Part shown: one piece after another, positions 27,729-37,310 of the stretch
How positions within the stretch are numbered: position 1 is the first letter of the stretch
How the letters are laid out: every line of letters starts with the position of its first letter
Source: an uncultured Candidatus Saccharibacteria bacterium
GTDB taxonomy: Bacteria > Patescibacteriota > Minisyncoccia > Phycocordibacterales > UBA9973
NCBI GenBank assembly: GCA_964645245.1
Contig: CAZYBS010000002.1
Span: forward strand, 18,161 to 82,160
DNA: 64,000 bases
Direction: 5' to 3'
Notes under the pieces: generated by a model
The model's database searches: none
The model's input: only the letters and a program-made list of their open reading frames with translations
Told to the model about the DNA's origin: nothing
Made by a program: the position numbers and the translations under genes

Positions 27729-28685
27729 ATGGGCATGTTTAAAAAAGTATTATTGTCCGGCATTCAGCCTTCCGGCAAACCCCATATTGGGAACTATTTT
27801 GGCATGATGAAGCAACTTGTGAATTTACAAGACGAATATGATGTATACGCGCTGATAGTTGATTATCATGCCATGAAGTCTGTCCAAGATCCAAAGGCTA
27901 TGCGGGAAAATATTATTGCTGTTTTGATTGATTTCTTGGCAATTGGCTTAGATCCAAAAAAAGTCACTCTTTTCAAGCAAAGTGATATTTCCGAGCATAC
28001 TGAACTGGCTTGGATTTTTGAAACTCTTACCACAATGCCGTATTTGATGCGAGCACACGCTTTCAAGGACGCACAGATGAAGAATAAAGAAATAGATGTT
28101 GGCACTTTTAATTATCCGATGCTGATGGCGGCAGATATTTTGCTTTATAGCTCTGATATAGTGCCTGTCGGAGCCGACCAAAAACAGCATATTGAGATTG
28201 CGCGTGATACTGCGGAGAAATTTAATAATACCTTCGGTGAGACTTTTAAGTTGCCAGAAGTGATGATTGTGAAAGATGTGGCTGTGGTACCCGGCACAGA
28301 TGGCAGAAAAATGAGCAAAAGTTATAGCAATACCATTGCGCTTTTTGCCGAATACGAAGAAATTAAAAAATGTGTGATGAGCATAGTCACAGATTCCAGA
28401 GAGGGGATTCCTAAAAATGTCTACGCAATACACAATCTGCTTCGCCCCGCCGAGGAGCTTTTGCCTATTTATAAAAGCAAGGTAGGAAAGTATAAAGAGC
28501 TCAAAGAAATCCTGATTGAAGACTTGGAGAAATTCATCGCGCCACTTCGTGAACGTCGCAAAGTATTTGAAAAAGATATTCCAAAAGCTCTGGCAATTCT
28601 AAAAGCCGGCGGTGAAAAAGCCAAAAAAGTCGCTTCCGCTAAAATGGCCGAAGTAAGGGAAAAAGTGGGGGTAGATGTTTATTAA
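27729..28685 (+). CDS. trpS: Tryptophanyl-tRNA synthetase
   Basis: SGIQPSGKPHIGNYFG (HIGH-type motif) and KMSKS. Confidence 0.9.
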   Translation: MGMFKKVLLSGIQPSGKPHIGNYFGMMKQLVNLQDEYDVYALIVDYHAMKSVQDPKAMRENIIAVLIDFLAIGLDPKKVTLFKQSDISEHTELAWIFETLTTMPYLMRAHAFKDAQMKNKEIDVGTFNYPMLMAADILLYSSDIVPVGADQKQHIEIARDTAEKFNNTFGETFKLPEVMIVKDVAVVPGTDGRKMSKSYSNTIALFAEYEEIKKCVMSIVTDSREGIPKNVYAIHNLLRPAEELLPIYKSKVGKYKELKEILIEDLEKFIAPLRERRKVFEKDIPKALAILKAGGEKAKKVASAKMAEVREKVGVDVY

Positions 28686-28697
28686 ATTTTTTAAAAT

Positions 28698-28994
28698 ATG
28701 AAACATCTTAATAAAAAAATTCCAGAGTACAAACACGAACTAATTAAAGTTTTTTCCCAAATTTACGGTAATCAGAAATTAATGAATGAATTTCTAGTAG
28801 ATATTCTCACGCCAAATGAGTTTGAAGCTTTGGCTTTAAGGTGGCAAATAGTTAAAAAACTAAATAAAGGAGAGACCCATAGGTCTGTAGCAGGGGACTT
28901 AGGCTTAGGTATAAGTACTGTAAATCGTGGCTCTCGCGAACTTCGCAACAAAAACGGCGGTTTTCATCTAATGTTAAAGAAATTGGGTAAATAG
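28698..28994 (+). CDS. TrpR-like (YerC/YecD family) DNA-binding protein
   Basis: LTPNEFEALALRWQIVKKL...SVAGDLGLGISTVNRGSRELR, the family HTH signature. It is immediately downstream of trpS. Confidence 0.6.
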   Translation: MKHLNKKIPEYKHELIKVFSQIYGNQKLMNEFLVDILTPNEFEALALRWQIVKKLNKGETHRSVAGDLGLGISTVNRGSRELRNKNGGFHLMLKKLGK

Positions 28995-29043
28995 AGTTAT
29001 CCACAGACCATTTTTAAATGACCTTGCTTCCTCTTTTTTATAT

Positions 29044-29069
29044 GTTATCATGTACTAGTACATGATAAC
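29044..29069. promoter_or_regulatory. Perfect 26-bp palindrome GTTATCATGTACTAGTACATGATAAC with a trp-operator-like GTACTAGTAC core
   Basis: Read directly from the sequence. It is 50 bp downstream of the TrpR-like gene. Confidence 0.5.
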
Positions 29070-29104
29070 AATAGAAATCAACCAAATAGGTAAATCATGG
29101 TGGG

Positions 29105-29150
29105 GCGCAAAGCATCTAGCTTTTGCGTCGTTTTGTTGATTTCTTTTTCT
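29105..29150 (+). terminator. Rho-independent terminator after the trpS/trpR-like unit
   Basis: CGCAAAGC-ATCTA-GCTTTTGCG hairpin followed by TCGTTTTGTTGATTTCTTTTT. Confidence 0.6.
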
Positions 29151-29417
29151 ACCAAATAATAAGGAATCCATTAAGTGGCGCATGAGCGTCATTTTTTGTT
29201 CTTTGTTTTTTGGGGGATTATGAGAAAAAAAATCTTTGTCTGGCTGGAAGATTTTATCTTCTGGCTTGAACAGATCTTATTTAGAGTTCGCAAAGCTCTT
29301 TGGAAGATTGATGGCTTGGGCGGGGGTGAATAAAAAAACTTCTACCAACAAAGTTTGGGGGCGTCGCTTGTTCTACAAGCGGCGTCCATCAAATATTAAC
29401 AAAATAAAAATACGAAT

Positions 29418-29612
29418 ATGAAACATCAATTTATGTCAAGAATTAAATGCCTCATGCTCACTGGTCATAGAATGGGGAAATACCAGAGTAAAATAGTCAA
29501 TGGAGTGTACGGTAAAGTGGAGGCTCAAAAGACAAGGTGTGCAGATTGTCAATATGTTCAAAAGTATTGGGTCATAAAAGAAAAATTAAGACAATCAGTA
29601 AGATGCAATTAA
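29418..29612 (+). CDS. Small 4-Cys (putative zinc-ribbon) protein, cassette copy 1
   Basis: 64 aa with Cys at 11, 41, 44 and 63. Its paralog is at 37495..37686(-), and its stop is 1 nt from the next ATG. Confidence 0.55.
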   Translation: MKHQFMSRIKCLMLTGHRMGKYQSKIVNGVYGKVEAQKTRCADCQYVQKYWVIKEKLRQSVRCN

Positions 29613-29613
29613 G

Positions 29614-29799
29614 ATGAATTTATTAAAAGGAATTTTTGAACTATGTGTTGTATTGCCTACATTGATGCTAATTGATGGAGGTAAAAGGTGGTCAAAATAT
29701 TTAAACGAAGACGATCCATTGGAAGCTTTTCTCTGGACCTTGTTGGTAATATTAGTTTTTGCGTTGATTGTATTGTTAATAAATGGTTATGAATATTAA
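29614..29799 (+). CDS. Small 2-TM membrane protein, cassette copy 1
   Basis: 61 aa with two hydrophobic segments. Its paralog is at 37311..37493(-). Confidence 0.55.
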   Translation: MNLLKGIFELCVVLPTLMLIDGGKRWSKYLNEDDPLEAFLWTLLVILVFALIVLLINGYEY

Positions 29800-29814
29800 G
29801 TAAAATATAAATTT

Positions 29815-30504
29815 ATGAAAACATTAGGAATTATAGGTGGGCTTGGCCCTGTAACAACCTCTGAATTTTATTTGGAGTTAATTTTCTCATGTAAGAAAAT
29901 AAATAGAAAAAGTTATCCTCACATATTAATTAATAGTATTCCTCTGACTTTTGATATTGAAAGAGATGCAATTGCAGAAGGTGTAGGAGAAGAGAGATGT
30001 TTGCCTTATCTTCTTGATGCGGCGAAAAGCTTAGAAAGAGCCGGTGCTGACTTTTTAGTATTGCCATGCAATTCTTTACATGTATTTATTGGGGACATTC
30101 GAAGAACAGTTAAAATTCCTGTCATAAGTATTTTAGAAGAAACCTCTAAATTTCTTAAAAGGCAGAGGATAGATAAAGTTGGAATTATTGCAACTCCAAT
30201 AACTATTAGGAATAAATTATATGAGAAGTTTCTAAATAGAAGTGGTATTAGACAAATTATTCCCAATAACTTACAACAAGCAAAAATTGGCAAGTTGATC
30301 CATAACTTAGTGTCAGATAGATATAACAACAAAGATAGAGAGATATTGATAAAAATAATTAAAGATTTTGCTGAAGGAAAAATCAAACATATTATATTGG
30401 CTTGTACTGATCTTCAATTATTGATGCCTCAAAATAATGGAATTAAAATCTATGACACTATGAAAATTTTAGCTGATGCAACAATAAAAAATATCACTAG
30501 CTAA
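29815..30504 (+). CDS. Asp/Glu racemase family protein (aspartate racemase-like)
   Basis: N-terminal LGIIGGLGPVTTSEFY; 229 aa. Confidence 0.6.
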   Translation: MKTLGIIGGLGPVTTSEFYLELIFSCKKINRKSYPHILINSIPLTFDIERDAIAEGVGEERCLPYLLDAAKSLERAGADFLVLPCNSLHVFIGDIRRTVKIPVISILEETSKFLKRQRIDKVGIIATPITIRNKLYEKFLNRSGIRQIIPNNLQQAKIGKLIHNLVSDRYNNKDREILIKIIKDFAEGKIKHIILACTDLQLLMPQNNGIKIYDTMKILADATIKNITS

Positions 30505-30546
30505 ACTATACTGTTTTTCTTTTTTATTTTATGATAAAATGATTTC

Positions 30547-31863
30547 ATGAAAAATCGGATATATATTAAAGATTTAAAAGACAATGTCGGAAAAGAAGTA
30601 ACTATTGCCGGATGGGTAGATGTCAGGCGCGACCAGGGGAAAATGGTTTTTTTTGATATGCGGGATATGACGGGCAAGGTGCAGTGCATAGCTTTACCAA
30701 GCCGAACGGAAGTTATAGAAAGAGCGAAAGAAATAAGACCTGAGTGGGTTTTAAAAATTAGTGGTCTTGTGAACAAGCGTCCAGAAAAAAATGTAAAGGC
30801 TGGAGTTTTGAATGGCGATGTGGAACTGGAAGTGACGGGTATAGAAGTACTTAGTGAAGCAAAAGATTTACCATTTGAAAAAGATACAGAAGTTAATTTA
30901 GATACGCATTTGGATTATTTGCCATTGACCTTGCGCAGTGAGCGAGGTAAAGATATTTTCAAAGTGCAAGAGACAATAATTCAGGCATTTCGGGAGGCAC
31001 TGATAAAAGAAAATTTTACAGAATTTCAAGCGCCAGCGATTGTCGGTGGAGATGCCGAGGGAGGAGCAATGGCATTCAAGGTTAATTACTATAATGACAA
31101 AACGGCGTTTCTGGCTACCAGTCCGCAATTTTACAAACAGATTATGGCCGGCGTATACGAACGTGTATTCACTACGCCCAAAATTTTCCGCGGCGAAAAA
31201 CATGCCACGACCAGACATTTGAGCGAGATAACCCAAATGGATTTTGAAATGGCATTTATAAAAGACGAGAAAGATGTCATGGAAGTTTTGGAAAAGGTGA
31301 TAAGGTATGTAGTTGCGAAAGTTGCAGAAAGTCATTCTGAAGTTTTTTCCAGATTTAATACGGAAGTTCCTCTTGTGCCGGAAAAGTTTCCTATTTTGAC
31401 ATTGCGTGAAGCGCAAAAGATTCTGGAAGTGGCGGAGGACCCAGACTTAGAACCAGAGCAAGAACGCAATATCTGCGAGTGGGCAAAAAAAGAACACGGT
31501 TCGGATTTTGTTTTCATTACGCGTTTCCCGACCGCAAAACGAGCATTTTACACTTACGAAGAGCCTGGAGAAGCCCCATATTCTCGAGGTTTTGACCTCT
31601 TATTCCGCGGGTTTGAAATAAATAGCGGGAGCCAGCGCATACATAATTACGACACCATGATTGAAAAAATGAAAGAAAGGGGTCTAGATCCGGAAAAATT
31701 CAGTTTCTATTTGCAAACTTTCAAATACGGCATGCCACCGCACGGAGGGTGTTCTACCGGACTAGAGCGCCTGACTGCCCGGATGCTTGAACTGGCCAAT
31801 ATAAAAGAAGCGGCGCTCTTTCCTCGCGATATAAATCGTATTGACACAAGACTTTCGGAATAA
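30547..31863 (+). CDS. aspS: Aspartyl-tRNA synthetase, archaeal/type-2 class IIb (possibly non-discriminating)
   Basis: OB-fold N-terminus, TSPQFYKQ, FRGEKHATTRHLSE, C-terminal GMPPHGGCSTGLERL...FPRDINRIDTRL, and a 438 aa length. Confidence 0.8.
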   Translation: MKNRIYIKDLKDNVGKEVTIAGWVDVRRDQGKMVFFDMRDMTGKVQCIALPSRTEVIERAKEIRPEWVLKISGLVNKRPEKNVKAGVLNGDVELEVTGIEVLSEAKDLPFEKDTEVNLDTHLDYLPLTLRSERGKDIFKVQETIIQAFREALIKENFTEFQAPAIVGGDAEGGAMAFKVNYYNDKTAFLATSPQFYKQIMAGVYERVFTTPKIFRGEKHATTRHLSEITQMDFEMAFIKDEKDVMEVLEKVIRYVVAKVAESHSEVFSRFNTEVPLVPEKFPILTLREAQKILEVAEDPDLEPEQERNICEWAKKEHGSDFVFITRFPTAKRAFYTYEEPGEAPYSRGFDLLFRGFEINSGSQRIHNYDTMIEKMKERGLDPEKFSFYLQTFKYGMPPHGGCSTGLERLTARMLELANIKEAALFPRDINRIDTRLSE

Positions 31864-31871
31864 AATTTCAG

Positions 31872-32237
31872 ATGAGCTACATAATTTCTGGCAGAGTTAT
31901 CAAAGGAGATGGTTACGGAAAGGAGATTGGTTTTCCGACGATAAATATAGACAGAAAAAATTTTTTAAATTTGAAACAGAGACCAGTTTTTGGAGTATAC
32001 GCTGGTCAGGTGAAGCTATCTGGTAAAATTTACAAAGCAGGAATAATCATTGGACCATTGGATAAACGCAGATTACCCAAAGTGGAAGCTCATTTAGTTG
32101 GCTATAAAGGTAATGCTCATGGCAAAAAAGCAATTTTTGAAATAAAAAAGTTTTTAAGAAAATTTGAAAAATTCAAAACAGATAAAGAGCTTATAGCACA
32201 AATTAAAAAAGATTTAAAAAAACTTGTCCCGTACTAA
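31872..32237 (+). CDS. Riboflavin kinase (flavokinase domain only)
   Basis: GRVIKGDGYGKEIGFPTINI. Confidence 0.8.
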   Translation: MSYIISGRVIKGDGYGKEIGFPTINIDRKNFLNLKQRPVFGVYAGQVKLSGKIYKAGIIIGPLDKRRLPKVEAHLVGYKGNAHGKKAIFEIKKFLRKFEKFKTDKELIAQIKKDLKKLVPY

Positions 32238-32293
32238 ATTTTTGATTACGTGTTATTATGATAAATATTAGTAAATAAAATTTTAGTACTGGG

Positions 32294-32866
32294 ATGTTCA
32301 CAGGCATAATTTCCAAAACCGCAAAAGTAAAAAAAGTAAATGCTAAAAGGGGTAGTTTTTCCATTGAAATTATTAATAATTTAAGAAAAGTAGAATTAGG
32401 AGAAAGTATTGCTGTAAACGGCGTCTGCTCCACTGTCAAGAGGTCAGGTAAAAATATCCATTTTGAATATATGCCGGAAACTTTAAAGCTTTCCAATTTA
32501 GGTTTTCTAAAGAAAGGTGATACAGTGAACGTTGAGCGATCAATGCGTTTAGGCGATAGGCTAGATGGGCATATAGTGCTTGGACATATTGATGAGAAAG
32601 GCGAAATTCTTAATATAACAAAAGAGAGAAATTCACGAGTATTCAACATAAAAGTACCGGACAGAAAGTTCTACAAGTTTTTATTTTATAAGGGGTCAGT
32701 CACAGTAGAAGGTATTAGTTTAACAGTGGCTAAAGTTTTTAAAAATTCTTTTGTTGTGAAGATTATTCCATATACTCTCAAACATACGAATTTAAAACAA
32801 AAGAAGAAAGGTAATTATGTGAATTTAGAGTTTGATATACTTGCCAAATATGCAAATCAAAAGTAA
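32294..32866 (+). CDS. ribE: Riboflavin synthase alpha subunit
   Basis: MFTGIIS... N-terminus and two lumazine-binding repeats. Confidence 0.85.
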   Translation: MFTGIISKTAKVKKVNAKRGSFSIEIINNLRKVELGESIAVNGVCSTVKRSGKNIHFEYMPETLKLSNLGFLKKGDTVNVERSMRLGDRLDGHIVLGHIDEKGEILNITKERNSRVFNIKVPDRKFYKFLFYKGSVTVEGISLTVAKVFKNSFVVKIIPYTLKHTNLKQKKKGNYVNLEFDILAKYANQK

Positions 32867-33323
32867 AACATACAAATATTTAAATGGAGAAAAGTTGAAG
32901 GTTGGTATTGTCGTGGCTAGATGGAATAATGAAATTACGGATGAGCTTTTAAAATCTGCATTGCTGATGTTGAAGAAAAACAAACTTAGCGAAGAAAAAA
33001 TAAAAATAGTGTCTGTCGCTGGTTCAGTGGAAATTCCTTTTGCTCTGCACAAGCTTGCACAATCCAAAAAACCTGCCCGACCAGGCGGTCGTTCGGGCGG
33101 GTATGATTTTTTGGTCGCTCTTGGGTGCATTATCAAAGGCAAGACTCCACATTTTGATTACGTTGCCAAAATGGTGCAAGAGGGTGTTTTAAAAGTTATG
33201 ATTGAAGATAATATGCCCGTCGGTTTCGGAGTGCTGACTGTGGATAACACCAAACAAGCAAGAGAGAGAACTCATGTTGGCGGAGAAGCCGCTTTTGCCG
33301 CACTCGAACTTGCTTTAATATAA
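32832..33323 (+). CDS. ribH: 6,7-dimethyl-8-ribityllumazine synthase
   Basis: [24 protein letters not shown] lies 5 nt upstream of the 32832 ATG. Confidence 0.88.
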   Translation: MIYLPNMQIKSKTYKYLNGEKLKVGIVVARWNNEITDELLKSALLMLKKNKLSEEKIKIVSVAGSVEIPFALHKLAQSKKPARPGGRSGGYDFLVALGCIIKGKTPHFDYVAKMVQEGVLKVMIEDNMPVGFGVLTVDNTKQARERTHVGGEAAFAALELALI

Positions 33324-33325
33324 AT

Positions 33326-34561
33326 ATGAAAAAGAATAAAAAAACTGAATTTAAATTAAATAAAATAGAAGATACTATTTTGGACATAAAATCTGGCAAG
33401 GTTGTAATCGTCGTGGATGACGCAAATCGGGAAAATGAAGGAGATTTTGTCGCAGCCGCAAGGAGTATAACTCCCGAAATAATAAATTTTGTGACGACTT
33501 ATGGGCGGGGGCTCCTATGTGTGTCCATCACGGAAGACAGGTGTAAAGAGCTTGAGCTTCCGATGATGACTTCTAAAAATACCTCTTTTCACTCTACATC
33601 TTTTACCGTTTCCGTGGATTTACTGGGCCATGGCTGCACTACTGGTATTTCCGCTCATGATCGGGCAAAAACAGTGCAGGCCCTAATTGACCCTTCTACC
33701 AAACCTGAAGATCTTGGCCGCCCCGGGCATGTTTTTCCCATTCAGGCGATGAATGGAGGAGTTTTAAGAAGAGCCGGGCATACGGAAGCAGCGGTGGATT
33801 TGGCGCGCTTAGCGGGAGTGGAACCGGCGGGCATTTTGGTTGAAATTATGAATAAAGACGGTACGATGGCTCGTTTGCCTGATTTAATGAAAATAGCGAA
33901 AAAATTTAATTTAAAGATTGTCAGCATAGAAGACCTGATTAGCTACAGATTAAAAAACGAAACTTTAATTAAAAGAGAAGTGCAGGTAAAACTCCCGTCG
34001 GAATGGGGCGATTTTGACTTATACGCTTATAGACGCACAGATACGGACGAAGAGCATTTGGCACTGGTAAAAGGAAAATGGGACAAAGACGAGCCTGTTT
34101 TGGTGCGTGTTCATTCTTCTTGTATTACCGGAGATGTTTTTGGTTCACTTCGCTGTGATTGCGGACCTCAACTTCATAGAGCTATGGAGCTAATAAATAC
34201 TCTGGGTAAGGGCGTGATTGTGTATATGAATCAAGAAGGCAGAGGGATAGGTCTTTTAAATAAGTTAAAAGCCTACAAGCTCCAAGAAAATGGTCTGGAT
34301 ACGGTGGAGGCGAATTTAAAACTCGGCTTTAAAATGGACGAACGGGATTATGGCATCGGAGCGCAGATTTTGCGGGATTTAGGTGTCTCTAAAATGCGGC
34401 TTTTGACCAACAATCCGAAAAAGCGCGCCGGACTTGTGGGCTATGGTCTGGAAATAGTGGAAAATATTCCCATAGAAATAAAATCAAATAGACACAACGA
34501 GCGATACCTCTTGACTAAACGCGATAAAATGGGCCACTTTTTTAATTTGGATGAGCTTTAA
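33326..34561 (+). CDS. ribBA: Bifunctional DHBP synthase / GTP cyclohydrolase II
   Basis: NRENEGDFV (RibB) and [20 protein letters not shown] (RibA). Confidence 0.92.
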   Translation: MKKNKKTEFKLNKIEDTILDIKSGKVVIVVDDANRENEGDFVAAARSITPEIINFVTTYGRGLLCVSITEDRCKELELPMMTSKNTSFHSTSFTVSVDLLGHGCTTGISAHDRAKTVQALIDPSTKPEDLGRPGHVFPIQAMNGGVLRRAGHTEAAVDLARLAGVEPAGILVEIMNKDGTMARLPDLMKIAKKFNLKIVSIEDLISYRLKNETLIKREVQVKLPSEWGDFDLYAYRRTDTDEEHLALVKGKWDKDEPVLVRVHSSCITGDVFGSLRCDCGPQLHRAMELINTLGKGVIVYMNQEGRGIGLLNKLKAYKLQENGLDTVEANLKLGFKMDERDYGIGAQILRDLGVSKMRLLTNNPKKRAGLVGYGLEIVENIPIEIKSNRHNERYLLTKRDKMGHFFNLDEL

Positions 34562-34573
34562 AATTCCAAATTA

Positions 34574-35620
34574 TTATCTATTCACATAAGTCTGCAATTT
34601 ATCAGACCCGATTTTTTCCACTTTGGTCGGGCGTAGATTTATAACGGGCGCCTTGACGCCAGTCTTTATTTTTTTATTGGCCGTAAAGACGCGCATCTCA
34701 TCCCATAGATTATTTTTTATAAGGCTGTTCAGAAGTTGCGCTCCGCCTTCAATCATGACGGATTGGATTTTTCTTTTATAAAGCTCATTTAAAATTTGCG
34801 GAAGTATATTTTGCTTAAAATTAATTTTTACAAATTCCAAATTATGTTCCGAAACAGCGCTCCCGACTGTAAAGATTATAGTCGGCGTGCTTTTATCCAA
34901 TAAATTAAATTGCTTCGGTATTTTCAAATCTCGGTCTATTGCGATGCGCAGCGGATTTTTTCCTTTTACTTCGCGCGTTGTCAGATGCGGATTATCCAGC
35001 AGCGCTGTATTGGTGCCGACCATAATGGCCTGTGTTTGGCTTCTCAATTTATGCGTTAATATTTTATCCTGTTGATTGCTTATTGGTATTGCTTTTTTTG
35101 CGTTGTAAATATCGCGCTTGGCGTCAATAAAATGATCAGCAGTTTGAGCCCATTTTAAAATAACGTAAGGGCGTTTTTTTTCATGATAAGTAAAAAATTC
35201 TTTATTAAGTGTTCCACATTTGTTTTGGAGCACATTTACCCTTACATCAATGCCGGCTTTTTTTAGTTTTTTGATTCCTTGTCCGTTTACTTTTGCCGAA
35301 GCATCAATACAACCGATTACGACATATGGAATTTTGTGTTTAATGATTAAATCTGCGCAAGGCGGTGTTTTTCCAAAATGGGAACATGGCTCTAAATTTA
35401 CATACAGAGTGGCCCTTTTTAATAATTTTTTATCCAAAACCGAATTAATTGCATTAACTTCCGCATGGGCGCCCCCGTATTGCCGGTGATATCCAGCACC
35501 GATTATTTTATCATCAACCACAATCACGCTGCCCACCATTGGGTTGGGAGCCACTTTCCCTAAACCCTTTATCGCCAGCTTTAGGCAGCGCTCCATGTAT
35601 TTTTCATTTTTTGACGGCAT
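34574..35620 (-). CDS. ribD: Riboflavin biosynthesis deaminase/reductase RibD
   Basis: CMP/dCMP deaminase Zn motif HAEVNAI...PCSHFGKTPPCA plus a C-terminal reductase domain. Confidence 0.9.
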   Translation of the reverse strand: MPSKNEKYMERCLKLAIKGLGKVAPNPMVGSVIVVDDKIIGAGYHRQYGGAHAEVNAINSVLDKKLLKRATLYVNLEPCSHFGKTPPCADLIIKHKIPYVVIGCIDASAKVNGQGIKKLKKAGIDVRVNVLQNKCGTLNKEFFTYHEKKRPYVILKWAQTADHFIDAKRDIYNAKKAIPISNQQDKILTHKLRSQTQAIMVGTNTALLDNPHLTTREVKGKNPLRIAIDRDLKIPKQFNLLDKSTPTIIFTVGSAVSEHNLEFVKINFKQNILPQILNELYKRKIQSVMIEGGAQLLNSLIKNNLWDEMRVFTANKKIKTGVKAPVINLRPTKVEKIGSDKLQTYVNR

Positions 35621-35692
35621 ATATTTAATGATAAATTATATCATAGCTCTAAAAATCTATGTTTTCAACGATTTTTCAGGTATAATGTGTGA

Positions 35693-36028
35693 ATGTCCAA
35701 AAACGATTTATTAAAGAAAAAATGCGTGCCATGCGAAGGGGGAGTGAAGCCCTTGAGCCTAGAAGAGGCTAAAGACTATTTAGATGAAATTCCGGGCTGG
35801 ACTCTAAATGGGGAAGGCAAAAAAATCTCCAAAACTTTCAAATTTGCCGATTTCATCGGGGCGATAAATTTTGTGGAGCGCGTGGCCGACGTGGCCGAAA
35901 TGGAAAACCATCATCCCGATATTCACATCCATTATAACAAAGTCTTGCTGGAGCTCTGGACTCATGCCATCGGCGGACTTTCCGAAAATGACTTTATTGT
36001 TGCTGCGAAAATTGATGCGCGTAAATAA
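35693..36028 (+). CDS. Pterin-4a-carbinolamine dehydratase
   Basis: EMENHHPDIHIHYNKVLLELWTH. Confidence 0.85.
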   Translation: MSKNDLLKKKCVPCEGGVKPLSLEEAKDYLDEIPGWTLNGEGKKISKTFKFADFIGAINFVERVADVAEMENHHPDIHIHYNKVLLELWTHAIGGLSENDFIVAAKIDARK

Positions 36029-36037
36029 AATTTACAT

Positions 36038-36070
36038 ATCTCTAATTCGCGCGAATAGGCGAATAGTTAT
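36038..36070. repeat. Intergenic repeat R1 (ATCTCTAATTCGCGCGAATAGGCGAATAGTTAT) containing the palindrome ATTCGCGCGAAT; copy 1 of 3
   Basis: Related copies are at 40734..40766 and 47190..47257. Confidence 0.6.
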
Positions 36071-36118
36071 CTGATTAAAGTATTCTAATATTCTATAGAA
36101 TTGTAGAATGGAAATATT

Positions 36119-36159
36119 AAAGGGACGGATTGTCGTTTGACAAATCCGTCCCTTTGCGT
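36119..36159 (-). terminator. 12-bp perfect hairpin AAAGGGACGGAT-N13-ATCCGTCCCTTT, likely the terminator of the minus-strand GNAT unit
   Basis: Read directly; on the minus strand it is followed by TTTAATATTT. Confidence 0.5.
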
Positions 36160-36189
36160 TGGCCAGCGCGATGTCGGCCTTTTATCCGT

Positions 36190-36270
36190 TTACTTCTTCG
36201 GTTTGGGTGGTTCGGGAGCCTTCGGTGGTTGTGGTTTTGTGTCCTCGTCGTCTGGGCTCATGTAATACAT
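36190..36270 (-). CDS. Possible 26-aa Pro/Lys-rich peptide (MYYMSPDDEDTKPQPPKAPEPPKPKK) with a perfect SD
   Basis: AAAGGAGA lies 7 nt upstream of the ATG on the minus strand, inside the GC-rich island between the GNAT gene and the hairpin. Confidence 0.2.
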   Translation of the reverse strand: MYYMSPDDEDTKPQPPKAPEPPKPKK

Positions 36271-36331
36271 GGCTTTTATCTCCTTTCAATCAGATCCAAT
36301 CCGAAGGTATTGGTAACGGTAGCTTTCCTTT

Positions 36332-36976
36332 TTACTTTTCTTCGGACTCTAGTGGTGGAACGAGTCTATAAGCATCACGATACAGCTTATAGAGTAGCTC
36401 AACCGAGTCGCGCCTATAGTAGATTCCATCCACGTTTGCGCGAATCGCCCCCGGCAGGATCCCGACGGAGCGGAATCCTAGCTTGTGGAACAACTTGAGT
36501 GTCACCGTGTGGAAACGAGCCACAGATACGGTGGCAAGTTCAGCGCCGGATTCCTCAGCGTAGCGATCGAGAATCTTTGTCGCCGTAGTTGCCGATAGAC
36601 GTCCCCTGAAATCCGGGTGGACTACACCTAGCGTAAAATCCACTGAGAGATTCAGAGAATCCGTGCGCAAGAGTGCAGAACCAGCGATATGCCCTTCTGA
36701 CGTTTCAAGCGCGAAAACCTCATGTCCTTCCATCGGAAGGTTGCCGTACCACTCAGGTTCCAGAAGGAACCCGAACGTACCTCGATAGAGTTCCGGGAAT
36801 CCTTTTGCCCATACGTCAGCTAGCGTTTCCGCTGTCTCCCTGCTTACGTTGTTGAGTCGCTTGATTGTAGATCCGCGCCCCAAGGATTGTGGATCGAACG
36901 TGGTCCAATTCCACCGCCCTTCCTCCCATGGTTTTACTGGCGTATTGTACAGTTTAAAGTTTCTTCCCAGTTCCAT
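36332..36976 (-). CDS. GNAT-family acetyltransferase-like protein (GC-rich island)
   Basis: VHPDFRGRLSATTATKIL...FHKLGFRSVG resembles GNAT motif A. The start is assigned to the internal Met (MELGRN...) preceded by AAAGGAGA; the ORF extends to 37045. Confidence 0.5.
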   Translation of the reverse strand: MELGRNFKLYNTPVKPWEEGRWNWTTFDPQSLGRGSTIKRLNNVSRETAETLADVWAKGFPELYRGTFGFLLEPEWYGNLPMEGHEVFALETSEGHIAGSALLRTDSLNLSVDFTLGVVHPDFRGRLSATTATKILDRYAEESGAELATVSVARFHTVTLKLFHKLGFRSVGILPGAIRANVDGIYYRRDSVELLYKLYRDAYRLVPPLESEEK

Positions 36977-37268
36977 AGCTTCTCCTTTCAAAGAACAGAT
37001 TTGTCGTCTCGGAACATCCGAGCATACATGAAAGAACAAAAACACCAGCCGAGAGGGCTGGTGTTTGAGTTGTAAGTTGAGTTTTAGTTTTTTTACAGCG
37101 CAAATATCAGCCTTCTAATGGAAAGCTGGTAATAAGCATTTAATATTGAAGTATTTCTTTGTTGTTGAATATTACTATTCATATTTCGCATACTAGCATG
37201 TTTTGATAAAAAGCGCAAGCGAATTTGTAGAAGTCATAATTCCGCTTATACTATCTACTTCACTCAAT

Positions 37269-37293
37269 TAAAGTACTTTAGTTAAGTAAAGTA
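37269..37293. promoter_or_regulatory. Repeat R2 (TAAAGTACTTTAGTTAAGTAAAGTA), same as the putative operator at 40681..40705
   Basis: 24 of 25 nt are identical to the 40681 copy, and it contains TAAAGTA/TACTTTA half-sites. Confidence 0.45.
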
Positions 37294-37310
37294 ATGGATA
37301 TAAATAATAT

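Noticed and set aside
29236-29421. 61-aa ORF upstream of cassette copy 1
   Set aside because: It has a basic, low-complexity product, no RBS, and a start buried in a T-rich terminator tail. It is more likely a leader region.
36130-36498. Plus-strand ORFs of 122 and 70 aa in the GNAT island
   Set aside because: They overlap the GNAT gene, the terminator and the micro-ORF on the opposite strand. There is no RBS and the composition is an artefact of GC richness.
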